Source: Leptolyngbyaceae cyanobacterium (GTDB taxonomy: Bacteria > Cyanobacteriota > Cyanobacteriia > Phormidesmidales > Phormidesmidaceae). From it: a stretch of 64,000 nucleotides of DNA. Positions 10,744-21,964 of the stretch are shown here, piece after piece. Location of the stretch: NCBI GenBank assembly GCA_965263355.1, contig CBDHHL010000032.1:672001-736000 (forward strand). The letters are read 5' to 3'. The position numbers and the translations under genes were made by a program. Under the pieces are notes generated by a model. The model saw nothing but the letters and a program-made list of their open reading frames with translations. It was not told the origin of the DNA and made no database searches. Each line of letters begins with the position of its first letter. The first letter of the stretch is position 1.

Positions 10744-11247
10744 TCAGGCGTTATACTTAATGACCTCAACCTGTTTCAGCAAGCGACCATCAAGCGGTTG
10801 ATTGAGTAAGACCATCGTAGTTGTTTCATTTTCTGAAAACCCAACCCGCTCATAGAAGTGTTTCTGATTGGTTGTCATCAGATAGACACGCTCAACGTTA
10901 CTCATATGGGGATGGCTTAAAACCGTTTCCACTAACTTGCGGCCAAAGCCAGCCCCCTGATAGTCATCGTGAATAACGACATCCCAAATAGTGGCCCGAT
11001 AGACACCATCGGATGTGGCCCGCGCAAAACCAATCAGCTTATTTCCATGCCAGGCCGTTACCACAGGGCAGCTGTAATTAATGGCTTTAGCTAAATCCTC
11101 AAACCGTCGATCAGCCGCCCAAAAAGCGGAATGATTTAAAAGATTTCTAAGTTGCTCCAAATCCTTGGCAGCTAATGCTTCAGTGTAGCGAAATTGAACA
11201 GGCTGAAAACTCATAGACTTTAGAGCAAAGAAATAAACCTTACACAC
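10744..11247 (-). CDS. GNAT family N-acetyltransferase (Ycf52-like)
   Basis: IGFARATSDGVYRATIWDVVIH...YQGAGFG acetyl-CoA motif; true start probably 11214. Confidence 0.88.
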   Translation of the reverse strand: MCKVYFFALKSMSFQPVQFRYTEALAAKDLEQLRNLLNHSAFWAADRRFEDLAKAINYSCPVVTAWHGNKLIGFARATSDGVYRATIWDVVIHDDYQGAGFGRKLVETVLSHPHMSNVERVYLMTTNQKHFYERVGFSENETTTMVLLNQPLDGRLLKQVEVIKYNA

Positions 11248-11640
11248 GTCCAGAACAGTCGCTTTCCTGATAAAAAATCTACAGGTTGCAATTTGAACGT
11301 GGTTTCAAATCGTTGAGCAAGTCAAACGACAGAGACAAATATCTGTCTATACTCAAACGTGACAGGAAAACTTAAACACTGCCCTAGCATACTTAGGCCA
11401 GCGAAGAACATCTATCAAAGTCTTTGATACTTGGTATCAAGAAATACAATTTCAACTACAATAATTTGGCCCAGTTACGCTTGTCTAGATTAAACGCCGT
11501 AACCTATCCCTAACCTCCACAACTACCACTGCTTGCGAGTGAGGTAAACCGTCCATGATCAGGGGGTTTATAGGCTTAGGATATCTAGATAAGATAAGTA
11601 TCGAGGTATAGTACCCACACCCGCCGTTTACTGCCCGGAC

Positions 11641-14451
11641 ATGCTGAAACGACTTTTAGGCGATCCCAACGCTCGCAAGCTCAAACGCTATCAACCCGAT
11701 GTTAAAGAGATCGCCCTCCTAGAAGAGGAAATCAAGGCCCTCTCTGATAACGAGCTGCGGGGTAAAACCGCCGAGTTTAAGAAGCGGCTTGAAGATGGCG
11801 AAGACCTAGATGATTTACTTACCGAAGCCTTCGCCGTTGTACGTGAAGCCGGCATTCGCGTCCTAGGCATGCGTCATTATGACGTACAGCTTATCGGTGG
11901 CATGGTCCTCCACGATGGCCAGATTGCCGAAATGAAAACTGGTGAGGGAAAAACCCTGGTAGCCACCCTACCGGCTTACCTAAATGCCCTATCCGGCAAA
12001 GGGGTACACATCGTCACTGTAAATGACTATCTGGCCCGTCGTGATGCCGAATGGATGGGACAAGTACATCGTTTTCTGGGATTGTCGGTAGGCCTAATCC
12101 AGCAAGGTATGAGTCCGACAGAACGTCGCAAAAACTACGCCTGCGACATTACCTATGGCACCAATAGTGAGTTTGGCTTTGACTATTTGCGCGACAATAT
12201 GGCTTCTTCCATTGAGGAAGTGGTGCAGCGTCCGTTTAATTTTTGCATTATTGATGAAGTCGACTCCATCCTGGTAGACGAAGCCCGTACACCGCTAATT
12301 ATCTCGGGTCAGGTAGACCGTCCCCAGGAAAAATACGAGGCCGCAGCGGAGCTTGCTCGTCAGCTTGAGACCGAAGTTGACTACGAAGTCGATGAAAAAG
12401 CCCGTAACGTACTGCTCACCGACGAAGGCTTTGAAAAAGCTGAAAACCTTTTAGGGGTAAACGACCTATTTGACCCAAAAGATCCCTGGGCCCATTTTGT
12501 TTTTAACGCAGTTAAGGCAAAGGAGCTATTTGTTAAAGACGTTAACTACATTGTTCGGAATGACGAAGTCGTCATCGTCGATGAATTTACCGGACGGGTA
12601 ATGCCTGGGCGTCGTTGGAGTGATGGTTTACACCAGGCTATTGAAGCCAAAGAGCGAGTACCTATCCAACCGGAAACCCAAACACTGGCATCAATTACCT
12701 ATCAAAACTTCTTTTTGCTTTATGACAAGCTTTCAGGGATGACCGGTACAGCCAAAACTGAAGAAGCTGAATTTGAAAAGATTTACGACATTGAAGTTAC
12801 GGTTATTCCAACTAATCGCCCCATCGCCCGTACGGACAGATCGGACGTAGTCTATAAAACCGAACCTGCCAAATGGAAGGCCATTGCCCAGGAATGTGCA
12901 GAAATGCATGAAACCGGTCGACCTGTCCTTGTAGGTACCACTAGCGTCGAAAAGTCAGAACTTTTGTCAGGGCTGCTACAACAACTCAATGTGGCACATA
13001 ATCTGCTTAACGCTAAGCCAGAAAACGTTGAACGAGAGTCAGAAATTGTTGCCCAGGCAGGCCGTAGCGGTGCAGTCACCATTGCCACCAACATGGCTGG
13101 ACGGGGAACCGATATTATTCTTGGGGGCAACGCTGACTACATGGCTCGTCTGAAAATAAGAGAATATCTGATGCCCAAAATCGTTCGGCCTGATGATGAG
13201 CAAGGTTTTGGTATGGCCAGGGTAGCGGCAGCTGGTGGTAGTAGAACATCCGCTAAGGGCTTCCAAAGCAATGGCAAAAAGCAAAAGACCTGGAAAGCAT
13301 CTCCTGAAATCTTTCCCACTGAGCTATCTAGTGAAGCCGAAAAGACATTAAAAGAAGCTGTCGCCTTTGCTGTTAAAACCTACGGTCCTCAAAGCTTGTC
13401 CGAACTAGAGGCCGAGGATAAAATCGCTACTGCTGCTGAAAAAGCGCCTATTGAAGATCCAGCCATTCAAAAGCTACGAGAAGTTTACAAACTGATTTTG
13501 GCTGAATATGAAGCCTTTACTGACGCTGAACACGACAAGGTGATTGAGCTAGGCGGATTACACGTAATCGGCACCGAGCGCCATGAGTCACGTCGGGTAG
13601 ACAATCAGCTGCGCGGTCGAGCGGGTCGCCAGGGTGACCCAGGGTCAACCAAGTTCTTCTTGAGTTTGGAAGATAATTTGTTAAGAATCTTTGGTGGCGA
13701 CCGTGTTGCGGGTCTGATGAATGCCTTCCGTGTGGAAGAAGATATGCCCATTGAGTCAGGGATGCTCACCCGTTCTCTAGAAGGGGCACAGAAAAAGGTC
13801 GAAACCTATTACTACGATATTCGTAAGCAAGTCTTTGAGTATGACGAGGTAATGAATAACCAACGTCGTGCAATCTATGCCGAGCGGCGACGTGTACTGG
13901 AAGGTGACAAACTCAAAGAGCTGGTGATTGGTTATGGTGAGCAGACAATGGATGACATTGTTGAAGCTTACATTAATCCTGAACTGCCTCCCGAAGAATG
14001 GGATCTCGACAATATTGTTGGCAAGGTCAAAGAGTTTATTTATTTGCTTGAAGACCTAACAGCCGACCAATTAGACAACCTCTCCATGGGAGAAATCAAA
14101 ACCTTCCTCAGAGAGCAGGTACACATTGCCTACGATATTAAAGAGGCCCAGGTGGACAAGATGAAGCCAGGTCTGATGCGTGAGGCAGAGCGATTCTTTA
14201 TCTTGCAGCAGGTAGATACTCTCTGGCGTGAACACCTGCAACAAATGGATGCCCTACGGGAAACTGTTGGCCTACGGGGCTATGGTCAGAAGGATCCGTT
14301 GATTGAGTATAAGAGTGAAGGTTACGAGGTCTTTTTGGACATGATGACTGGCATTCGCCGTAATGTGGTGTATACCATGTTCCAATTCCAACCTCAGCCA
14401 CCACCGCAGGCCGTCCAGGCGGATGGTCCAATCGATGTTGAAGTAGTTTAG
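11641..14451 (+). CDS. secA: Preprotein translocase subunit SecA
   Basis: [26 protein letters not shown] and [13 protein letters not shown] motifs. Confidence 0.98.
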   Translation: MLKRLLGDPNARKLKRYQPDVKEIALLEEEIKALSDNELRGKTAEFKKRLEDGEDLDDLLTEAFAVVREAGIRVLGMRHYDVQLIGGMVLHDGQIAEMKTGEGKTLVATLPAYLNALSGKGVHIVTVNDYLARRDAEWMGQVHRFLGLSVGLIQQGMSPTERRKNYACDITYGTNSEFGFDYLRDNMASSIEEVVQRPFNFCIIDEVDSILVDEARTPLIISGQVDRPQEKYEAAAELARQLETEVDYEVDEKARNVLLTDEGFEKAENLLGVNDLFDPKDPWAHFVFNAVKAKELFVKDVNYIVRNDEVVIVDEFTGRVMPGRRWSDGLHQAIEAKERVPIQPETQTLASITYQNFFLLYDKLSGMTGTAKTEEAEFEKIYDIEVTVIPTNRPIARTDRSDVVYKTEPAKWKAIAQECAEMHETGRPVLVGTTSVEKSELLSGLLQQLNVAHNLLNAKPENVERESEIVAQAGRSGAVTIATNMAGRGTDIILGGNADYMARLKIREYLMPKIVRPDDEQGFGMARVAAAGGSRTSAKGFQSNGKKQKTWKASPEIFPTELSSEAEKTLKEAVAFAVKTYGPQSLSELEAEDKIATAAEKAPIEDPAIQKLREVYKLILAEYEAFTDAEHDKVIELGGLHVIGTERHESRRVDNQLRGRAGRQGDPGSTKFFLSLEDNLLRIFGGDRVAGLMNAFRVEEDMPIESGMLTRSLEGAQKKVETYYYDIRKQVFEYDEVMNNQRRAIYAERRRVLEGDKLKELVIGYGEQTMDDIVEAYINPELPPEEWDLDNIVGKVKEFIYLLEDLTADQLDNLSMGEIKTFLREQVHIAYDIKEAQVDKMKPGLMREAERFFILQQVDTLWREHLQQMDALRETVGLRGYGQKDPLIEYKSEGYEVFLDMMTGIRRNVVYTMFQFQPQPPPQAVQADGPIDVEVV

Positions 14452-14458
14452 GTATATT

Positions 14459-14487
14459 AGGGGCATTTCCTTGTGGATGCCCCTTTT
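14459..14487 (+). terminator. Intrinsic terminator after secA
   Basis: AGGGGCAT...ATGCCCCT followed by TTT. Confidence 0.7.
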
Positions 14488-14563
14488 GAAATTGTTAGCT
14501 TCGCTTGTTTGATATTGCATAGGGGTAGGCATAAAGCTCTAACCCTATGAGGGTTTTCAAATA

Positions 14564-14911
14564 TTACCCATACTGTTCCAAGTACAGATTTACATCCTCA
14601 ATAATTCGCATTAGTTCAGCCTCTGTGGTCAAACGAATACGGTCATCGCGTACCGTAATCAAAAGTTTGGCTGCAAAGGGGCTGGGCCAAATATTAGGGT
14701 TACAGAAAATCTCAAGGAAAACATCTCCTGTGTGGCGATACTCTGTGGGTTTGACTGGTTTGGGCCTGCCCGCACCTACCGTAGCTGCAGCTGAAGTCTT
14801 CAGCGTTTTGGTCAGTGCAGTTAATGCAGCCTTCAGCTCTTGGGCTGCTGCCACGGAAAAACTAAATTGGACCGAGCCCTGAACTAAATTGAGGGTAAGT
14901 TGGGAAGCCAT
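14564..14911 (-). CDS. Conserved cyanobacterial hypothetical protein
   Basis: 115 aa; EYRHTGDVFLEIFCNPNIWPSPFAAK motif is familiar from cyanobacterial hypotheticals. Confidence 0.75.
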   Translation of the reverse strand: MASQLTLNLVQGSVQFSFSVAAAQELKAALTALTKTLKTSAAATVGAGRPKPVKPTEYRHTGDVFLEIFCNPNIWPSPFAAKLLITVRDDRIRLTTEAELMRIIEDVNLYLEQYG

Positions 14912-15107
14912 GGAAACTAGCGATGATGATTGCTTGCTGATCGTAACGCTAGCCTTTATTTAACAGCGCTACTGTCATAAAGTTTTAGGTTCCGGGCCTC
15001 TGCTAGGTAAGTTTTTGCAACTTTTGTTGCACCAGGTTACTAATACGGTTTGAATATCGATATAACTATCAAAACTTTTACCATCCACCGTCAAACAGGA
15101 GACATCA

Positions 15108-15398
15108 ATGGTTGTAACCTGCGTCTATGTATTTGTGAAACCAGAGCATGTAGATGATTTTATTGTAGCCACAAAGGCAAATCACATCGGCTCTGTCCAG
15201 GAACCAGCTAACATCCGGTTCGATTTTCTGCAGGACCCAGATGATCCAACCAAGTTTATGCTCTACGAAGCTTATGAAACTGCAGAGAGTGCAGCTGCCC
15301 ACAAAAAAACTGAGCACTATCTAACCTGGCGAGAAACTGTTGCTGCCTGGATGGCTCAGCCTCGCCAAGGTAAGCCATATAATGTCATTGCTCCCTAA
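15108..15398 (+). CDS. Antibiotic biosynthesis monooxygenase / LsrG-like ABM protein
   Basis: EPANIRFDFLQD...FMLYEAY...AAHKKTEHYLTWR; AGGAG RBS. Confidence 0.88.
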   Translation: MVVTCVYVFVKPEHVDDFIVATKANHIGSVQEPANIRFDFLQDPDDPTKFMLYEAYETAESAAAHKKTEHYLTWRETVAAWMAQPRQGKPYNVIAP

Positions 15399-15420
15399 GG
15401 AGCTGAGACCTGACTAGCTT

Positions 15421-16520
15421 TTGCCTCCAATTTACTTTGGTGGCAAACGGTTAATTCCCTCCAGTCTCTACAAAAAACGGGTAAACTGACGCAAATTGAG
15501 GTAAATCTCCAACAGGTTGGGCTGACCTATGAGATTGTCATCTGCCCTGGAGAACCCACACCCACTTTTATCGATGAAACGTGTAAAACCTATAGTGAGT
15601 CAGGCATTCAAGCGATAGTGGGGATCGGCGGCGGCAGTGTTGTGGATGCGGGCAAGGCGATTTCTGCCATGCTTCCCCATAACAATTCCATCATGGACCA
15701 CCTGGAAGGGGTGGGTAAAGGGATTCCTCATAGTGGAGAAAAAGTCCCCTACTTGGCAGTTCCTACCACCTCTGGCACTGGCAGTGAAGTGACTAAAAAT
15801 GCTGTTATTAGTGAGATAGGCCCCCAAGGCTTCAAGAAATCCATCCGCCATGAAAATTTTATCCCTGACGGTGTAATTGTCGATAGTGAGCTACTCACGA
15901 CCTGTCCACCCCACATTACAGCAGCCTGTGGATTAGATGCCTTTACCCAACTCCTTGAACCCTATTTATCTCCTACAGCCAGCCCAATAACTGATGCTTT
16001 AGCCTGGAGTGGGTTAACAGCGATTGCCCCCAATTTATTGGCAGCTTGTGGTGAGGGGGCTAACAACTTGGCCGTACGCGAAGCAATGGCCTACGGTTCA
16101 TTGCTTTCAGGCATCTGTTTAGCTAATGCAGGGCTAGGAATTGTCCATGGGTTAGCGTCATCGATAGGGGGCTTTTTCCCAATTCCCCACGGTGTTGTCT
16201 GCGGTACTTTGTTAGCGGCAGCCAATGAAACTAATTGGCAAGCACTTTTGGACCGGGAGCCAGAAAATCCAGCTATAGCGAAGCTGGCAAAATTGGGAGC
16301 TTTTTTGGATGATAGTCCAGGAAAAGCGTCTCAGGAATATGGTGAAGGCCTGTGTAAAGTTTTGTGGAACTGGACTGAAAAGCTTGCTCTACCCAAGCTA
16401 GGTAAATATAGGGTTGAAGCCTCAGATCTGGATCGGATAGTGGCCAAAACTCGTAATCGAAATAATCCTATTCAACTGACCCAAAGTGAGATTAAAAATC
16501 TTGTGTTGTCTCGCATCTGA
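15421..16520 (+). pseudogene. Iron-containing alcohol dehydrogenase with damaged 5' end
   Basis: GGGSVVD, PTTSGTGSE, GIVHGLA and PHG motifs. Homologous sequence continues upstream of 15618 with no ATG/GTG/TTG, and the N-terminal LPPIYFGG is in a different frame (15421). Confidence 0.7.
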
Positions 16521-16604
16521 TTCGTTGATTGATACTACAACAATACCGTAGGGAGGAAGCCTTGCTCGACTTCGCGATGGCCTATGCTATTTGCAAAAAT
16601 GTTG

Positions 16605-17057
16605 TTAACTATGAATATTTCGCACGATCCAATAGCTAATAGATAACGCCAAAATCGCGATCGCTAAACCAATTAAGCTAAGACCCGTTACTTTTTCTAG
16701 ATCCAGAATAATAATTTTACGAGCCACTGCCGTTAGCGACGTAACAATCACTAGCTCCACCTGCACCACATGTTTTTTCAAGTAGGCAGTAATATTTTCT
16801 AAAATCTCTAGGGCAATTAAGACACTTAGAAATAACCCAAAAATTTCGCTGAGAGTGTTTTTGAAAAAGCCTTCTGGACTGGGTTCCCAGAGTGCCACAG
16901 CCAAGAAACGCGCCAAATCAACCATGATCACAAAGATCACGACAAGCATAGCAATGGACAATAGCTTTGAAACAATAGTTTCTACATTATCTATACCATG
17001 CAGAAAACTTTCTGCACTTAGCCATCTCCATCGATTGCCATTTTGATTACCACCCAT
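16605..17057 (-). CDS. Phosphate-starvation-inducible PsiE family membrane protein
   Basis: EIFGLFLSVLIALEILENITAYL...ARKIIILD; four TM helices. Confidence 0.88.
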   Translation of the reverse strand: MGGNQNGNRWRWLSAESFLHGIDNVETIVSKLLSIAMLVVIFVIMVDLARFLAVALWEPSPEGFFKNTLSEIFGLFLSVLIALEILENITAYLKKHVVQVELVIVTSLTAVARKIIILDLEKVTGLSLIGLAIAILALSISYWIVRNIHS

Positions 17058-17142
17058 ATCAGTGCTCCAGATAACGGCTCCCTTCTAGGAAAACTACTAT
17101 ACAGTTAGCAAGGCAAGGGCACAGTATCGTTAATGAATGCTA

Positions 17143-17163
17143 GGTGGGCACCGCCCACCCTAT
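17143..17163. repeat. REP-like short palindrome
   Basis: GGTGGGC-acc-GCCCACC-CTA. Confidence 0.5.
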
Positions 17164-17174
17164 ATCTGGACGAT

Positions 17175-17687
17175 TTACATAAATCGACCGGCCATCTTCA
17201 ATATATCGCCCATATCCACATCCCCATCACCGTCGCCATCTAGGAACGCGGTAACCAGTGGATTGCCCTGTGCTTGAGTACCTGTTTTTGCAGACCCCTG
17301 GTTCAAAAATTTCATCACAATAGGCAAAACCATTGGTAGCATGGCGACTACCTGAGTCGCATCCAGACCCGTTTTTTGAGCAACCGCTGTGGCTATTTCA
17401 GTTTGCTGGTCAGGGCTAAATAGTTTGGGCAGTACACCAGCACCATCAGTGGTACCTTGCTTAACCAGGTCAAGCACTGCATCCAAACCCTGGGTTTGCT
17501 GTTTTTCGCGTAATGCCGATTTAACAAAGCCACCGAGCACTGAAGCTGCTTGCTCAGTAGCAGAGCTATTTGCATTATTTGACTGAGCAACCTGCTGCGC
17601 CATCGATACAATTTGGCCAAGCTGACCAATGCTGGCTTCACGATTAGGGTCCTGAATGGCTCCCATTACTTGATCAAATATGCCCAT
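17175..17687 (-). CDS. DUF937 family protein
   Basis: MGIFDQVMGAI start (17687), KTGLDATQV...MLPMVLP, C-terminal LDGDGDGDVDMGD. Confidence 0.8.
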   Translation of the reverse strand: MGIFDQVMGAIQDPNREASIGQLGQIVSMAQQVAQSNNANSSATEQAASVLGGFVKSALREKQQTQGLDAVLDLVKQGTTDGAGVLPKLFSPDQQTEIATAVAQKTGLDATQVVAMLPMVLPIVMKFLNQGSAKTGTQAQGNPLVTAFLDGDGDGDVDMGDILKMAGRFM

Positions 17688-17923
17688 GGGAAATAAACAT
17701 GTCCTTGGTAAGCAACAATTGGCGGTACTGATCCACCTTGTGTATAGTAGGACGCTAAACTGGCCCAGACACAAAATTGCCAGCTTCATTTTATGAATAA
17801 ACCTATCCACATTTAGTACATTCGTTTTTTCGTAGAAGAACCCACAGGTTTCAACTTGGCTGTGGTTTGTCAGCCATATGGCTAAATCACCTTCGAAACT
17901 ATAAATTACCTTCGAAACTACAT

Positions 17924-19372
17924 ATGAAGCGACCTTTAATCATTGCTATTGCAGTTTTGATTTTTCTCGGTGTGCTGCTGTGGCTCATCAGCACATTGGG
18001 AAGTCTCTATGCTGGCCTATCAACCCTACATCCCTGGATAGCCCAGGCAATTACAATATTAATTGTGTTGCTTATGCTGGTGGCACTTGGCGTAGTTGCT
18101 TACTACGGCTGGTTGTTTCTACGACCACGCCATCGGGCTCAACCTCCCCCCCTGCCAAAAACCACTAATGACGCTGCCATCACCCATCTGCAAACCCTTG
18201 ATCAGCAACTTAGCCTAATTTCAGATGAAGTTACCCGACAAGCCTTAGTTAAACGGGCCAAAACCGTTACCCATGCATTTGAACAGCAAAAACTGCATTT
18301 GGTAATCGTAGGCAGCGGTTCGGTGGGTAAAACATCGCTGGTCAATGCGCTGATGGGGGAAATGGCTGGGAAAACAGCCGTTACCAAAGGGACAACCACT
18401 CAACGGCAAGATTATCGGGTGGCGATTCCAGCCATTAATGGGGAAATTATTCTCACCGACAGTCCAGGCTTACTCGATGCTGGGGCTACGGCTCTGACCA
18501 GTCGAGAACTGGCTACCCAGGCAGATTTACTGCTATACGTTGTTGATAACGATCTGCATCGAGCCCAATACGAAATTTTGATGCAACTGCTGGCAGTGGG
18601 TAAACGAACTCTTTTGGTATTTAACAAGACTGACCTATACACCGATGACGAGGTGCAGTTATTAGTGGACCGACTCAGGCAACGGGTAAACCGACAGATG
18701 GATGAAAATGATGTGATTGCGATCGCAGCCCAACCAAAACACGACACCATCCCCGATATCCAACCCTTGATCGACCGCATCATTGCCATCCTCCGTGTCG
18801 AAGGCCATGACCTGATCGCCAACAACATTTTGTTACAGACCCAGCGCCTTAGCCTCGAAGCAAAACAACTGATCAGCCAACAACGCCAAAAACAGGCCGA
18901 TGCCATAATTGATCGCTATCAGTGGGTTGGTGCAGGAGTATTGGCCGCAACCCCGCTGCCGGTGGTGGATATGTTAGCCACCGCCGCCATCAATACCCAA
19001 ATGGTCATGGAATTAGGCAACGTCTATGGTATCGCCGTTAGCATTGAGGATGCCCGGACCTTAGCCATTTCCCTAGCAAAAACCATGGGTAGTTTAGGGC
19101 TAGTAAAAGGAGCCCTAAAACTATTAACCATTGGTCTGCAAACAAATTTGGCCACCGCTGTTGCTGGGAAACTGCTGCAGGGCATCAGCGCAGCCTATCT
19201 CACTCGCATTGCAGGCAAAAGCTTTGTGGACTATTTCGAAAATCAACAAGCCTGGGGCGATGGCGGAATACAAGCGGTTGTGGAGAAACACTATCAGCTG
19301 AATCGTCGAGACCAAATTGTGCAGCAATTTATTCAACAAGCGATGACGTCTATGGACAACATCACTACGTAA
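17924..19372 (+). CDS. Membrane-anchored GTPase with YcjF/DUF697 domain
   Basis: Two N-terminal TM helices; G1 GSGSVGKTS, G3 DSPG, G4 NKTD; C-terminal PLPVVD DUF697 region. ATG 17924 preferred. Confidence 0.85.
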   Translation: MKRPLIIAIAVLIFLGVLLWLISTLGSLYAGLSTLHPWIAQAITILIVLLMLVALGVVAYYGWLFLRPRHRAQPPPLPKTTNDAAITHLQTLDQQLSLISDEVTRQALVKRAKTVTHAFEQQKLHLVIVGSGSVGKTSLVNALMGEMAGKTAVTKGTTTQRQDYRVAIPAINGEIILTDSPGLLDAGATALTSRELATQADLLLYVVDNDLHRAQYEILMQLLAVGKRTLLVFNKTDLYTDDEVQLLVDRLRQRVNRQMDENDVIAIAAQPKHDTIPDIQPLIDRIIAILRVEGHDLIANNILLQTQRLSLEAKQLISQQRQKQADAIIDRYQWVGAGVLAATPLPVVDMLATAAINTQMVMELGNVYGIAVSIEDARTLAISLAKTMGSLGLVKGALKLLTIGLQTNLATAVAGKLLQGISAAYLTRIAGKSFVDYFENQQAWGDGGIQAVVEKHYQLNRRDQIVQQFIQQAMTSMDNITT

Positions 19373-19597
19373 TTAAACATTACTTGTAGCGAAAACGGTT
19401 ATTACTACTACTCCTAACTACAATCTCAGCTTGACGTAGCATGTAGGTTGTGAATATGGTTATCGATTTGTAGATTTAAAAACTGCTATCCTTCGCTATA
19501 GCAGAAACCTATTAGTCAAAACCAAACCAGTACCTGAGAACTCAATTCTGGGTACTCAAACTTCATCACTGGTATTTCCCATAAGCCTACATTTACA

Positions 19598-20548
19598 ATG
19601 ACTATTAATAATGCTCAGTCTGCCTCCGATACCGTTCGGTCTGCCAAACGCACACCGACCTTTTTAATTATTGGGGTTCAAAAAGCAGGCACCACATCTA
19701 TTTATAACTACCTCAAACAACACCCCCAGGTTTACATGAGTCCTGTTAAGGAAACGGGTTTTTTTGAACGGGATTGGGAGCAAGAACCCACCGACGTACA
19801 GCGGCGTAAAAAAAACGGTATCGTTACTTGGAACCAATATCAGGAGCTATTTGGCCCAGCCACAGATAAGCATATTGCCCTAGGTGAAGCATCCCCCAAC
19901 TACATGTTTCACTATCGAGCAGCCAGTAAGCAAATCCAACGACGATTACCCAATGCAAAGCTTATTGCTGTCCTCAGAAATCCAGTACAACGAGCTTGTT
20001 CTGACTATTTGATGAACATGCGCGATGCCATCGGCAAGCAAACCCCCCTAGCAGAACAGGTTCGGAATCGAGGCAACTCATCCTATGTGTTACTAAAAGG
20101 TAACTATTACGACCAAATAAAGCACTTTATTGATGTGTTTGGTCACCAACAGGTAGATGTCTTTCTCCATGATGATCTGCGTAAAGACTCTCAGCAGTTT
20201 ATGCAAACGATGTATCAATCCATCGGAGTTAATCCCGACTTTGTCGCCAACACATCCCAAAAAGCACAGACTGCTAAGGTGCCGAAAAACCAAACCCTTA
20301 ATCGGCTCTTAAAGACCAAAAACCCGCTCCGTACAGTTGCTACTAGCATTATGCAAATCGTACCGTCAGATCTGCGACATCAGCTTCGTGATCGTTTAAT
20401 TTCCTTTAATTCTCAAGACAAAGGTCAAGCAACGTTCACAGAGGAAGATATCGTTCTGCTACAGAAGTACTATCGCGAAGATATCTTGAAACTACAGGAT
20501 TTGCTCCAGAGGAATTTATCGGCCTGGTTAAATGATACTAGTTATTAG
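19598..20548 (+). CDS. Sulfotransferase family protein
   Basis: PAPS-binding IIGVQKAGTT and LRNPVQRACS motifs; GEASPNY. Confidence 0.9.
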   Translation: MTINNAQSASDTVRSAKRTPTFLIIGVQKAGTTSIYNYLKQHPQVYMSPVKETGFFERDWEQEPTDVQRRKKNGIVTWNQYQELFGPATDKHIALGEASPNYMFHYRAASKQIQRRLPNAKLIAVLRNPVQRACSDYLMNMRDAIGKQTPLAEQVRNRGNSSYVLLKGNYYDQIKHFIDVFGHQQVDVFLHDDLRKDSQQFMQTMYQSIGVNPDFVANTSQKAQTAKVPKNQTLNRLLKTKNPLRTVATSIMQIVPSDLRHQLRDRLISFNSQDKGQATFTEEDIVLLQKYYREDILKLQDLLQRNLSAWLNDTSY

Positions 20549-20562
20549 AAAGTCCTAAAAAT

Positions 20563-20718
20563 CTAACCTAAAAGTCCCAAAATATAGGTCAGGCTGCTAA
20601 TCGGTGCTGGCACCATTTCACCACGAAAGTCGAGTAGTTGCACGAGCAACAGGTAAGCTACGGCTAGCAATAATGAAATTGCGCCTGTAATAATCGCAAT
20701 AATTTTTGAACGATTCAT
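20563..20718 (-). CDS. Conserved small cyanobacterial membrane protein (51 aa)
   Basis: Not in track; MNRSKIIAIITGAISLLLAVAYLLLVQLLDFRGEMVPAP..., recognised as a widespread cyanobacterial small protein. Confidence 0.8.
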   Translation of the reverse strand: MNRSKIIAIITGAISLLLAVAYLLLVQLLDFRGEMVPAPISSLTYILGLLG

Positions 20719-20893
20719 ATTAAACGAGGTAACCTATCGTATTGGCATAGTGTGGCAGGGTAAGCGTAAAAGTGATTTTAAAGCTCTAATACTTTATGCT
20801 CTAGGGTAAGCTGCTTCCCAATCCACCTTATTCACTATACCGACTAGACCATACGCGTGCAGCGCCCCATTTAGGGGCGTATTTTGTGAGGTA

Positions 20894-21880
20894 ATGAACA
20901 CCGTTTTTCCCACTGATGCTAATCCGTCTGCCATTGTGCATCGTCCGGTTATCGTTAAGACTCAGGATCTCAGTAAGATCTATCGCACCGGGTTTTGGCT
21001 AAACCAACAGGTAGCCTCACTAAAGTGCTGTTCATTGGAGATTTATAAAGGCGAAACGTTTGGACTATTAGGCCCTAACGGTGCGGGTAAAACTACATTA
21101 CTCAAACTGCTATTGGGCATTACTCGGCCCTCTTCAGGCAGTGCTCAGTTACTAAATCAACCCGCTGGCAATCAGACCGTCAAACAGCAGATCGGCTATT
21201 TACCCGAAAATCCTTACTTCTATGATTATCTGACTGGCTGGGAGTTTTTAACGTATTCCGCCGGTCTATTTAATATTCCGCCCCCCGTATATAAGGGGCG
21301 CATTCCTGAGCTGTTGGATAGGGTGGGGCTGTCTCGTCACACTGCGATCAAAAAGCAGTTGCGACAGTACTCTAAGGGAATGCTGCAGCGCATTGGCATG
21401 GCTCAAGCATTGATCAACGACCCAGACATTATCTTCTTGGATGAACCAATGTCTGGATTAGACCCCACTGGTCGTTATCAAGTGCGAGAAGTGATTTTAT
21501 CTCTAAAAGACCAGGGTAAAACAATTTTCTTTAACAGTCATATCCTGACAGATGTAGAAGTTATTTGCGATCGCATTGCAATTCTCAACCAAGGCAAACT
21601 CATTTGCCAAGGTAACCTGCATGATCTCCTGGGAACAGCCAACGCTTACTTTGTTAAAGGTCAGGGGGGCAGCTTAGATGTACTCAAAAAATGGCTCGAA
21701 AACCTTACCTTTGAAGGAGGCTACTGGCAGGGTTATCTCCACGGCAATCCCCACGACTTTCTAGCCAGCGTACACCTAATGAATGGTCGTTTGATTACCC
21801 TGGATTTGCGTCGGTTATCCCTCGAAGAGTTTTTTATTCAGCAGCTCAATCAGCAAAAGCAAACCCCAAACAAAAATTGA
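20894..21880 (+). CDS. ABC transporter ATP-binding protein
   Basis: GPNGAGKTT, YSKGMLQR, FLDEPMSGLD. Confidence 0.93.
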   Translation: MNTVFPTDANPSAIVHRPVIVKTQDLSKIYRTGFWLNQQVASLKCCSLEIYKGETFGLLGPNGAGKTTLLKLLLGITRPSSGSAQLLNQPAGNQTVKQQIGYLPENPYFYDYLTGWEFLTYSAGLFNIPPPVYKGRIPELLDRVGLSRHTAIKKQLRQYSKGMLQRIGMAQALINDPDIIFLDEPMSGLDPTGRYQVREVILSLKDQGKTIFFNSHILTDVEVICDRIAILNQGKLICQGNLHDLLGTANAYFVKGQGGSLDVLKKWLENLTFEGGYWQGYLHGNPHDFLASVHLMNGRLITLDLRRLSLEEFFIQQLNQQKQTPNKN

Positions 21881-21964
21881 CACTATTTTTTTATCAATAG
21901 GGGTAAAACATCCCAAAATAGCTCTACACTAAAAGGCTACTCCTGTATTGACTAAACATTCGTT

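Noticed and set aside
13170..14451. SecA internal insertion and missing C-terminal zinc finger
   Set aside because: Both are normal for cyanobacterial/plastid SecA; no intein motifs seen.
15465..15480. A6 run as a programmed -1 frameshift site for the Fe-ADH
   Set aside because: Phase does not fit X XXY YYZ, and coding sequence appears deleted anyway.
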